IMG/VR virus record: IMGVR_UViG_3300020416_000001 | Span: 1 to 64,000 of that record | Reading direction: 5' to 3' (one strand) | DNA: 64,000 nt | Origin: a virus | Shown: positions 27,918 to 35,043 of the stretch, piece after piece | Numbering within the stretch: position 1 is the stretch's first letter | Layout: every line of letters begins with the position of its first letter | The notes under the pieces: model-generated | The model's database searches: none | What the model was told of the DNA's origin: nothing | The model's input: only the letters and a program-made list of their open reading frames with translations | Made by a program: the position numbers and the translations under genes

Positions 27918-28126
27918 AAAATTACAACACATACGAGACATTTTCAGAAATAAGTGTGGGCGATACAGTTGCCTACACTAATGAGAATGGCAAGAGAATC
28001 ATAGGGCAAGTTATTATAAGATGGGGCAAATATTGTGACCCCCAACTTGAAATATGCAACGATGACTCAATTAACTACTACCCAGTAAAGGATTACACTA
28101 AATGCAAAGTTTTGGAAAGGTTCTAG
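27914..28126 (+). CDS. hypothetical protein (SH3/KOW-like)
   Basis: 70 aa, GTG start with AGGAG SD; 'VGD.V......G.V' pattern. Confidence 0.65.
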   Translation: MKNYNTYETFSEISVGDTVAYTNENGKRIIGQVIIRWGKYCDPQLEICNDDSINYYPVKDYTKCKVLERF

Positions 28127-28184
28127 TGCCAGTTTTATTAGTGGCACACACTATAATGATTTTACAGCAATCATCCTCTATAAT
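28125..28184 (+). promoter_or_regulatory. palindrome + -10 promoter unit 10
   Basis: agtgccagttttattagtggcaca, 30 nt, TATAAT. Confidence 0.8.
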
Positions 28185-28207
28185 ATTAGTATAAGACAAA
28201 AAACACT

Positions 28208-28585
28208 ATGACTACACAAACACCAGTTAAACTAGACACATATCAAAAATTACTAGTTGACAGAATTGACACATACGGAACAGGGGACTGGAAAAATAAT
28301 GTCTCAATACATCATAAGCACGATTCTAGTATGTTCTCAAATATTTTGATCGGTCGCGAAGTTGTTGCTAAGGTAGTTTATGAAGTGCCATCCGAGGATA
28401 TATCCGCCGATGATTATAGAGCGATTCACATCGATAAGACCAAAAAAGCGAAAGTTTCTTATATCGCATTTGGCAATGATATTTGGGCATATCGTAGTCC
28501 AACACAAGTTTCAAGATATAGAAACATTTTGAAAAAACTCGGTTATCTCATCATTCAAGTAGATAACAAAGTTATTCAATACTAG
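28208..28585 (+). CDS. hypothetical protein
   Basis: 125 aa. Confidence 0.7.
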   Translation: MTTQTPVKLDTYQKLLVDRIDTYGTGDWKNNVSIHHKHDSSMFSNILIGREVVAKVVYEVPSEDISADDYRAIHIDKTKKAKVSYIAFGNDIWAYRSPTQVSRYRNILKKLGYLIIQVDNKVIQY

Positions 28586-28596
28586 TCAAGCGATGG

Positions 28597-28655
28597 TGTG
28601 ACAGTTTAACTAGTGTCACATCATCACACCATACTCACACATTACCCACTATAAT
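28597..28655 (+). promoter_or_regulatory. palindrome + -10 promoter unit 11
   Basis: tgtgaca-gtttaactag-tgtcaca, 29 nt, TATAAT. Confidence 0.8.
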
Positions 28656-28682
28656 AAGAATATACAAACGAGGTTAAAACAA

Positions 28683-28850
28683 ATGTCACAAGAAAAAACT
28701 TTCACTTACACTTTCACTCAAGCACAAGATGACGTGCTAGTTCAAATGATAAGATATTTCAATGAGTTGGGAGTTGGTGGCGATATGAACGAAGATGATT
28801 TTGATTCACTTGTTGATGTCGTTTGCAATCATCCTAACTCAGTTGCTTAA
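28683..28850 (+). CDS. small acidic protein (55 aa, not in track)
   Basis: MSQEKTFTYTFTQAQDDVL...FDSLVDVVCNHPNSVA*; GAGG SD. Confidence 0.7.
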   Translation: MSQEKTFTYTFTQAQDDVLVQMIRYFNELGVGGDMNEDDFDSLVDVVCNHPNSVA

Positions 28851-28854
28851 GACT

Positions 28855-29028
28855 ATGAACATTTTTAAGTACACAATCCACACCCCTAAGTTATTCAACA
28901 GCGAAGTATTCACGGATGACTTAGACAGAGCGAAGCAATTAGCAACAGAATTTGGTCAAGACTACGATTTTAGTTTTGTTGTTGATAATGCTACAAATAA
29001 AACTATTTTCGAGGGAGTTCGATGGTAA
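28855..29028 (+). CDS. small hypothetical protein
   Basis: ATG 28855 (MNIFKYTIHTP...) is preferred over 28795. Confidence 0.6.
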   Translation: MNIFKYTIHTPKLFNSEVFTDDLDRAKQLATEFGQDYDFSFVVDNATNKTIFEGVRW

Positions 29029-29099
29029 CACTTATCTCAATACTTTTAATAGTATTCATTCTTTTAATTATTGTCAACTATTACAATCCACACAACTAA
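29022..29099 (+). CDS. 25-aa single-pass membrane peptide (not in track)
   Basis: MVTLISILLIVFILLIIVNYYNPHN*; GGGAG SD. Confidence 0.55.
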   Translation: MVTLISILLIVFILLIIVNYYNPHN

Positions 29100-29100
29100 A

Positions 29101-29250
29101 ATGATTTTCATTACTACATCCGTCCCTACTTACGATTTTCCTAGTAGTCCTATTCTTTGGTTAGGGTTCTTAGGTATCCTAGTAGCAGTATTTACAGTTT
29201 ACACAGTAAATAAAGCATATTTCAATAGTCCACTTAATCAAGATAAATGA
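29101..29250 (+). CDS. 49-aa single-pass membrane protein (not in track)
   Basis: ...PSSPILWLGFLGILVAVFTVYTVNKAYFNSP... Confidence 0.6.
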   Translation: MIFITTSVPTYDFPSSPILWLGFLGILVAVFTVYTVNKAYFNSPLNQDK

Positions 29251-29308
29251 GACAGTTAAGACTCATCAATTTTAGATTAACACAATGACCTAGGACACCC
29301 CCCAAATA

Positions 29309-29367
29309 TGTGCCAATTTTATTACTGTCACACTCTAACAACTAAAGAGTACAATTTGCTCTATAAT
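29309..29367 (+). promoter_or_regulatory. palindrome + -10 promoter unit 12
   Basis: tgtgccaattttattactgtcaca, 29 nt, TATAAT. Confidence 0.8.
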
Positions 29368-29389
29368 AAGTATAACAACACAGATAACG

Positions 29390-29518
29390 ATGACAAACGA
29401 ACAACGCTACAAAAATTTCCTAAAGTGGGAAGCAATGATACAGAGACGCGAAGCACGTCTTGCCAACAAAGCAGAAAAATTTCTTAATGCACATTTTCAA
29501 ATCGTGGAGGTCAAGTAA
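29390..29518 (+). CDS. small basic protein (42 aa, not in track)
   Basis: MTNEQRYKNFLKWEAMIQRREARLANK...; first ATG after unit 12. Confidence 0.6.
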   Translation: MTNEQRYKNFLKWEAMIQRREARLANKAEKFLNAHFQIVEVK

Positions 29519-29677
29519 ATGAGTTGCCTACAAAATGAAATCTTAATGGAAAATCTTTTTGAAGAAGAGTATGCAGCAATGCAAGAGAGTGGTCTAGCGG
29601 ATACACTCACACCCGAAGCATTACAGGAGCATTGCGAGTTTATTGCAAAAGAGCGATTTTGGGACTTAGCAGAGTGA
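29519..29677 (+). CDS. small acidic protein (52 aa, not in track)
   Basis: MSCLQNEILMENLFEEE...AKERFWDLAE*; GGAGG SD; its TGA is part of the next palindrome. Confidence 0.7.
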   Translation: MSCLQNEILMENLFEEEYAAMQESGLADTLTPEALQEHCEFIAKERFWDLAE

Positions 29678-29731
29678 CAGTTATGAAAGTGGCACAACTT
29701 GCCACTATTCTCACTCTATCCCCTCTATAAT
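29673..29731 (+). promoter_or_regulatory. palindrome + -10 promoter unit 13
   Basis: agtgacagttatgaaagtggcaca, 29 nt, TATAAT. Confidence 0.8.
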
Positions 29732-29761
29732 AATTACATAAGCAACACAGGAGTAACACCG

Positions 29762-29956
29762 ATGGCATACAGAGCAACTAAGCAAGAGGTTCTAACACAG
29801 TTCAGATATAACTGGAAAGTCGCTACAATGCAGAATCCTAGACTTAAGGGCGATGTAGTTGCCAAACGTGAAGACTGGAATAATTTTGTTGATGCATTGA
29901 ATAAAGATGGATATGTATCAGACAATCAAGCATATAACTGGACAAATCCATTCTAA
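29762..29956 (+). CDS. hypothetical protein (REDWNNFVDAL.KDG family)
   Basis: ATG 29762 with AGGAG SD. Confidence 0.75.
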   Translation: MAYRATKQEVLTQFRYNWKVATMQNPRLKGDVVAKREDWNNFVDALNKDGYVSDNQAYNWTNPF

Positions 29957-29961
29957 GAACT

Positions 29962-30249
29962 ATGAACGACATTTTCACTAACACACAACTTTTATTAAAC
30001 AATCTCACAATCCGCCCACAAATGACTAAAGATCAATTTATTGAAGAAGTTTATGAAATAGCATTTGGCGATAATGCTATTAATCGCGATTTCGCATTTG
30101 ATGAAGTAATAGAGAAACTTCGCGAGTTTTCAGACAATGCTCTCATATTTGAAGAGAGCGGGTTTACAGAGAGCGAACTAGAGGAACTAAGCAACAAAAG
30201 ATTTTCTAATCTTGAATCAACAGCACCCGATTATGGAGTAGGCAAATGA
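29962..30249 (+). CDS. hypothetical acidic protein
   Basis: 95 aa, 'FIEEVYEIAFGDNAINR' motif. Confidence 0.7.
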   Translation: MNDIFTNTQLLLNNLTIRPQMTKDQFIEEVYEIAFGDNAINRDFAFDEVIEKLREFSDNALIFEESGFTESELEELSNKRFSNLESTAPDYGVGK

Positions 30250-30371
30250 GAGTGGTTTTTACTATCATCGTTTTTTTACTAGGATTAAATCTTATTGTTG
30301 ATCTTAGCAATTCTAACCTGATCGAACTACTAAACGAGAGACAGCAGCAGATTGAAAACGTCACTAAGTGA
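30246..30371 (+). CDS. 41-aa membrane-anchored peptide (not in track)
   Basis: MRVVFTIIVFLLGLNLIVDL...; GGAG SD; TGA lies inside the next palindrome. Confidence 0.6.
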   Translation: MRVVFTIIVFLLGLNLIVDLSNSNLIELLNERQQQIENVTK

Positions 30372-30425
30372 CAGTTGACAAAGTGGCACACACAGGCGAG
30401 CATCCGCCTCGGTATCCACTATAAT
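30367..30425 (+). promoter_or_regulatory. palindrome + -10 promoter unit 14
   Basis: agtgacagttgacaaagtggcaca, 29 nt, TATAAT. Confidence 0.8.
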
Positions 30426-30456
30426 ATTAGTATAAGCAACACAGGAGCACACACAA

Positions 30457-30786
30457 ATGCGTAAGATCGAAACACAAATGAATCAAGCAATCAGAGCACA
30501 AAAGAACTGGGCAGGTTCTAATACCACAGTTTTTACTTCTGATAATGGTCTTGAGTCAACTGTTTACTTACACGGCAATCACATCGCAACATATTTTCAC
30601 GCTGAGCGTAAAATCCAATTATTCGATGGCGGTTGGCAGTCTAATACAACTAAGTCACGTTTGAATGCATTACTTGACGAATTTGCATACGGCACTTATG
30701 TATTTCAAAAAAACTGGTCTTGGTTTATCGCTAGAAACTTCAACCCAAATCACAAATCTGATTTTGTAAGTGGTGTTACCATATAG
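30457..30786 (+). CDS. conserved phage hypothetical protein (MRKIE..M / TTKSRLNA family)
   Basis: 109 aa; VYLHGNxIA and GGWQSNTTKSRLNAL motifs. Confidence 0.8.
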   Translation: MRKIETQMNQAIRAQKNWAGSNTTVFTSDNGLESTVYLHGNHIATYFHAERKIQLFDGGWQSNTTKSRLNALLDEFAYGTYVFQKNWSWFIARNFNPNHKSDFVSGVTI

Positions 30787-30815
30787 TTGACATAAGTCAC
30801 TATATAGACTATAAT
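30787..30815 (+). promoter_or_regulatory. perfect sigma70 promoter TTGACA-N17-TATAAT
   Basis: Exact consensus and spacing. Confidence 0.85.
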
Positions 30816-30817
30816 AC

Positions 30818-30844
30818 AGGGGACTAAATCAGTCCTCTTTTTTT
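30818..30844 (+). terminator. intrinsic terminator ending the cassette island
   Basis: aggggact-aaatc-agtcctct followed by a T run. Confidence 0.75.
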
Positions 30845-31489
30845 ATGCATAATCCTAAAGAACTAAGCGACGATTTCGAGGGCATCCAACAGACAAATGT
30901 CTATGGTCTTTTTATGTCTCCCGTAGGCAATTTTACCAATAAGAACCACGATAGAGACAAAAAATTAATTACTGACTTTATTAATCAATGCTCTAAAGAA
31001 GATTTATTCCAGTCCCCTAACAGCGATATATGCCACGGTGTGACGCAAATAGGTCAAAATAACGTATTAGATCATCCCTTACTTAAGGAGGTCAAGCAGA
31101 GCATTCTCACGGCAGTAAATGAAGTGAATGACAATGCACTTAAGTATGACCTAAGCAGTATGGAGTTAATTGACTCTCATATCGAAGTTGCTAGTCAGTC
31201 GTCAATCTATGCCCCGCACGAGTTTTCAAACTGTCTTTATAGTGGATGCTACTTCATTAACTACGATGCAGAAAAGCACGCCCCTCTAAAATTTAAGCGA
31301 ACAACTCAGTCAACATTTTACCCAATAATGCAATGTAAGCAAACTGGACTAACGCCTTTTAATTTACTTGATGCGAGTGTGCCCACGGTAGAAGGGGATA
31401 TTATTATTTTCCCTAGTAACTTAACTCACGGTTACGAGACTAACGGCGAGCACAATCGAATTACTTTAACCTTTAACGTATCACCCTAA
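30845..31489 (+). CDS. 2OG-Fe(II) oxygenase-like protein (TIGR02466-like)
   Basis: PH..SN..YSGCYF, EGDIIIFPSxLxHG, RITLTFN. Confidence 0.8.
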   Translation: MHNPKELSDDFEGIQQTNVYGLFMSPVGNFTNKNHDRDKKLITDFINQCSKEDLFQSPNSDICHGVTQIGQNNVLDHPLLKEVKQSILTAVNEVNDNALKYDLSSMELIDSHIEVASQSSIYAPHEFSNCLYSGCYFINYDAEKHAPLKFKRTTQSTFYPIMQCKQTGLTPFNLLDASVPTVEGDIIIFPSNLTHGYETNGEHNRITLTFNVSP

Positions 31490-31490
31490 A

Positions 31491-31835
31491 ATGAACCCAT
31501 TCAAAAAAATTGATGATTCAACCTATCAGGATAGCGACGGCACACTATACAAACCTATCCCCCTATATGAAGATTATTATGTTTCGAACCTAGGGAACAT
31601 ATATTCAACTAAGTGGGGTAAATGGAAAAAATTGAAAATTCATCTAAATGAAAATGGTTATCGTCGTGTAACCCTAAGGCAGAATGGTAAGACAGTAGTA
31701 AGGCGAGTTGCGAAACTTACCGCACTTGCATTCATCTCGGCACACTCTAGTCAGGTTAACGTATTACACAGGGATGGTAATAAACTGAATGACCACGTTA
31801 ACAATCTGAAACTAGCAAATCAAGCAATTTCATAA
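31491..31835 (+). CDS. NUMOD4/HNH endonuclease-like protein
   Basis: KPIP.YE..YYVSNLGNI, GYxRVxL, VLHRDGNKLNDHVNNL. Confidence 0.8.
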   Translation: MNPFKKIDDSTYQDSDGTLYKPIPLYEDYYVSNLGNIYSTKWGKWKKLKIHLNENGYRRVTLRQNGKTVVRRVAKLTALAFISAHSSQVNVLHRDGNKLNDHVNNLKLANQAIS

Positions 31836-31902
31836 ATGTACAAATAAATATGTTTGAGTGTTTTATATCTCTCAGTAATGCACGGATGAATAGCAACCTT
31901 AG

Positions 31903-31931
31903 ACCCTAACATATCGACATCACTCTGTCAA
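31903..31931 (-). promoter_or_regulatory. sigma70-like promoter, reverse strand
   Basis: TTGACA-N17-TAGGGT on the - strand. Confidence 0.45.
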
Positions 31932-31963
31932 CCTCTGAGGGGAAATTGTAATATTTCAGAGGG

Positions 31964-31992
31964 TTGCATTATTCCCCCCTATGGTATAGAAT
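31964..31992 (+). promoter_or_regulatory. sigma70-like promoter
   Basis: TTGCAT-N17-TAGAAT, 22 nt before ATG 32015. Confidence 0.6.
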
Positions 31993-32014
31993 CAATCCGT
32001 CGTTATTCAATACT

Positions 32015-32161
32015 ATGGGACGCACTTACAAACGTAATGACACATACAAATCGAATAGAGCGAAATCGTTAAGAGAGAAACGAGACAATCACAAACAGAC
32101 AGAGTACAAACCACCCTACCACAATCCGAGTAAAAAGTCAAGCAAGAAAAAAGATGAATGA
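32015..32161 (+). CDS. small basic protein
   Basis: MGRTYKRND...KSLREKR; ATG at 32015. Confidence 0.65.
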   Translation: MGRTYKRNDTYKSNRAKSLREKRDNHKQTEYKPPYHNPSKKSSKKKDE

Positions 32162-32291
32162 ACTGACTAAGGACTGGATCGATCTACTACTTGACGAACC
32201 CGACGAGGATATGATACAATTAGACTATGAACAAAACGAACCCGAACCCTATGACGATTTAACAGAAATGACAATCATTTTCAATGACTAG
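32154..32291 (+). CDS. small very acidic protein (45 aa, not in track)
   Basis: MNELTKDWIDLLLDEPDED... Confidence 0.55.
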   Translation: MNELTKDWIDLLLDEPDEDMIQLDYEQNEPEPYDDLTEMTIIFND

Positions 32292-32460
32292 ATTTGAGTT
32301 TCTAAATGAGTTAGTCGAGTCCAGTAGTTGCCCACCCTCGGAGTTAATCGAGTGGGGTCAGTTCTTGCTAGATACTGAACTACAACCCCACTTCAATAAG
32401 CATCAAAAAATATTGATGTATCTCGTCGCTGAGGGGTGTTGCTATTGGGTGCCAACTTAG
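32284..32460 (+). CDS. small hypothetical protein (58 aa, not in track)
   Basis: ...QFLLDT...LVAEGCCY; weakly similar to ORF 24632. Confidence 0.6.
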   Translation: MTRFEFLNELVESSSCPPSELIEWGQFLLDTELQPHFNKHQKILMYLVAEGCCYWVPT

Positions 32461-32580
32461 TCGGGTCGGTGCATATTAAAAAGGGAACCTAGTGATAACC
32501 TACAACAGTATAGGGACGAGTATATTATCGAAATCGCATTTCGGGTCCCCCCATATACAAAAAAATTTTCCAAGTAAAAA

Positions 32581-33000
32581 ATGACCAAAAAGATCGATTC
32601 GTACCGTGAAGAGTACAAGGAGTGGTTAGGGAGAGAATGGAAAGGACAGAAAGGAGGAGGATGCTTCAAACTCCTCTATGATTATGGTATTGCTACTGGG
32701 TATCACACTTGTAAGGAGGATTACTCATTCAATCACCGATCATTCCTCAAGAACATCTGGGAGGACGAAGGATGGACTGCCATCAAGGTTTCCGAGATGG
32801 GCGATGAGTTCGGTATCGAGGATCTGGAGAAGTATGACATATTGCTGATGAACTTAGAGAGTAATCGCCTCAATCACGGTGCTTTGTATCTTGGAGAGGG
32901 ATTCGTATTACACCATAAGGCATTTGACGTATCACGGATAGAAAAAGTAAAACCCTATATAGGGCAGACACTATACGTGATACGAAAGAATGTCTCATAG
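32581..33000 (+). CDS. NlpC/P60-family protein
   Basis: Cys in GGGCFKL, DILLM, NHGALYLG...LHH. Confidence 0.75.
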   Translation: MTKKIDSYREEYKEWLGREWKGQKGGGCFKLLYDYGIATGYHTCKEDYSFNHRSFLKNIWEDEGWTAIKVSEMGDEFGIEDLEKYDILLMNLESNRLNHGALYLGEGFVLHHKAFDVSRIEKVKPYIGQTLYVIRKNVS

Positions 33001-33157
33001 GTATATACTTCCCATAGAGGAGGATGAAGAAAGTGGAGAACTTCTGCTCAATCTACCAGACGAGTTACTTGACGAAATGGGATGGTACTTTGGTGATGAG
33101 TTAGAATATTCCATTGAAGACGATCAACTTACACTTCGAAAGTTCAAAGAACCTTAG
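32990..33157 (+). CDS. AbrB/MazE-like small DNA-binding-domain protein (55 aa, not in track)
   Basis: GELLLNLPDELLDEMGWYFGDELEYSIEDDQLTLRK, a swapped-hairpin pattern. Confidence 0.7.
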   Translation: MSHRYILPIEEDEESGELLLNLPDELLDEMGWYFGDELEYSIEDDQLTLRKFKEP

Positions 33158-33158
33158 T

Positions 33159-33362
33159 ATGAAGAAACCTTTATCATTTGATAAGTTAGGTATTGAACAT
33201 AAACGTGTCATTTATGCTGCAATACGTTACTATCAAGGTAACGGACTCACATCACAGTCTATTACCGAGTATAATAAATGTGATGAGATCTTAAATTCTA
33301 TCTCAGACACCTTGAACCGTTATGATCTTGGAACCCATCCCGACTTCGAATGTGACATCTAA
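33159..33362 (+). CDS. hypothetical protein
   Basis: ATG at 33159, MKKPLSFDK... Confidence 0.6.
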   Translation: MKKPLSFDKLGIEHKRVIYAAIRYYQGNGLTSQSITEYNKCDEILNSISDTLNRYDLGTHPDFECDI

Positions 33363-33534
33363 AGAGGAGTGGACAATTACAATCTCCAAAGAGGAGAGAC
33401 AGTTGATTGTGAACTCTGGTGCGTGGGCACTGATGTACAAACCTGAGGTATGTGGTGGTAAAGAACTAGCAAAGGTTCAAGCATTGCATAGGTCTCTGAG
33501 AGAGAAGTTAGGAGTTACCGAGGGTTTCGTATGA
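33322..33534 (+). CDS. hypothetical protein
   Basis: 70 aa. Confidence 0.6.
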   Translation: MILEPIPTSNVTSKEEWTITISKEERQLIVNSGAWALMYKPEVCGGKELAKVQALHRSLREKLGVTEGFV

Positions 33535-34103
33535 GTTATTCACACAAGATGCAGCACCAACGTGTTGTAGACAATTTTCTACCAGAGGAGGAGTTCCTTA
33601 AGATGAGGGACGAGATCTGTGGTGATCAGTGTTTTCCTTGGTATTTGAATCACGCAAAGGTGATGCACGTAGCAAGGATGATAGACCCAGACTTACAGGC
33701 AAAGGAAATATATAACTGGCAGATGGTTCACAAGTTCTATGAAGGAGGAAGACCACAGAGTCCACAGTGGGATCTGATCTTACCTCTTATCAATAGAATC
33801 CAACCCAGAGCACTGATACGTGTCAAGGCAAATTTGAATCATCATACTGATGAACTTATCGAATACGATTATCATACTGACTGTGGGGAGTATCATCCTG
33901 ATGGTGGTGAGAACGTCTTCAAAGGCGCTACAACCGCTGTGTACTATCTAAATGATAACGATGGTTATACATTCTTTAAGGATGGCACTAGAGTGGAATC
34001 TAAGGCGAATCGAATAGTCTTCTTTCCTGTTAACATTCCACACGCAGGTACATCAACAACAAACAGCAAATTTAGATTTGTGCTAAACTTAAATTACTTT
34101 TAG
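33531..34103 (+). CDS. 2OG-Fe(II) oxygenase
   Basis: RVKANL, YHTD, YYLNDNDGYT, HAG, RFVLNLNY. Confidence 0.85.
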   Translation: MSYSHKMQHQRVVDNFLPEEEFLKMRDEICGDQCFPWYLNHAKVMHVARMIDPDLQAKEIYNWQMVHKFYEGGRPQSPQWDLILPLINRIQPRALIRVKANLNHHTDELIEYDYHTDCGEYHPDGGENVFKGATTAVYYLNDNDGYTFFKDGTRVESKANRIVFFPVNIPHAGTSTTNSKFRFVLNLNYF

Positions 34104-34158
34104 GTATTAAACTACTGAGACGTTACCCCGCGAGCGTCGTAACTATTCTGAAAACACT

Positions 34159-35043
34159 ATGAAATACGAACTCTATACCTGGCCCTATGAAAAATCGTGG
34201 GATCTGGACTGGGAACCTAACTTTATCCAACCTCTGAATACTAAGAACTCTGGGAGTGATGTGCAAGCACCGCGACGGAAGCAATTATTGGAGGAACTAG
34301 AAGAAAAGGGAGATGATGAACTAATCCAAGTGTTAGGTCTGAGAGGATGTAAGAGAGGGACCGTAGTCACAACACTGCCGAATGAGATCTGGCGATGTAT
34401 GAGACATTATGATTCTGGTAAGGAGGTTATCTTACCTTACTACCACGTGAGTAATCTAGGGCGAGTTGTCAGTCACGTGCATCATCCTTCTCATAATAAG
34501 AGAACTAAGCAGACTGCAACGTGGTCAAAACAATATAACTGTCTAGCGTTCGGTAAGATGAAGAGTCAGAAAGGTCTGGACGGTAAGTGGAGAGATCGTG
34601 TTCACTATAAGATTAAGTATCGTGATGGTGATAAGTGGTATTTCTATCCTATCCTTCTACCTGAGGGAGTGGAGGGTAAGTATGCTCCATTTGTAAGTTG
34701 TGCAGCACAGCACGGAACAAAAGATATTGGAGCGCATATGATTATTGCTTCTACCTTTATTGACATATGTGATCATCCTCCTAACTGTAGAGATGAGAAC
34801 TTCCTAAAGGATATTGGATGGAAGCGTATGTCTAAGAAGGGAAAGCGGAAGATGTCTGCTCTCTTCGAGATTGATCATTGTAACCAAAAGTGTTATGATA
34901 ACAGATGGACAAACCTCGAACGTAAGAGAGGTGTTGACAATAACTTCGAATCACTGATTGCTCGTGGTGGAAACCATAGTAATAGTCACGATGATGTCTT
35001 TGTCAGTAAGCAAGTTCCTGTACTAGATGAGTTTTTTGTATGA
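34159..35043 (+). CDS. HNH endonuclease with NUMOD4-like N-terminal motif
   Basis: EIWR...YHVSNLGRV, HMIIAxTF, IDHCNQKCYDNRWTNLE. Confidence 0.7.
   Translation: MKYELYTWPYEKSWDLDWEPNFIQPLNTKNSGSDVQAPRRKQLLEELEEKGDDELIQVLGLRGCKRGTVVTTLPNEIWRCMRHYDSGKEVILPYYHVSNLGRVVSHVHHPSHNKRTKQTATWSKQYNCLAFGKMKSQKGLDGKWRDRVHYKIKYRDGDKWYFYPILLPEGVEGKYAPFVSCAAQHGTKDIGAHMIIASTFIDICDHPPNCRDENFLKDIGWKRMSKKGKRKMSALFEIDHCNQKCYDNRWTNLERKRGVDNNFESLIARGGNHSNSHDDVFVSKQVPVLDEFFV

Noticed and set aside
29247-29270. Possible 15th palindrome (gacagtt half-site)
   Set aside because: There is no right arm and no -10 box at the expected distance.
21765-30390. Repeat array as a CRISPR array
   Set aside because: Repeats are degenerate and spaced about 240-1800 nt apart by whole genes, are tied to -10 boxes, and no cas genes are present.
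21765-30390. Palindromes as CRP/NtcA boxes, attC sites or transposon ends
   Set aside because: Half-site spacing is N14, not CRP N6. There is no GTA-N8-TAC, no attC RYYYAAC/GTTRRRY architecture, and no integrase, transposase or target duplication.
31491-35043. HNH genes as intron-encoded endonucleases
   Set aside because: Neighbouring genes look intact and no group I intron core elements were recognised; they are treated as free-standing.
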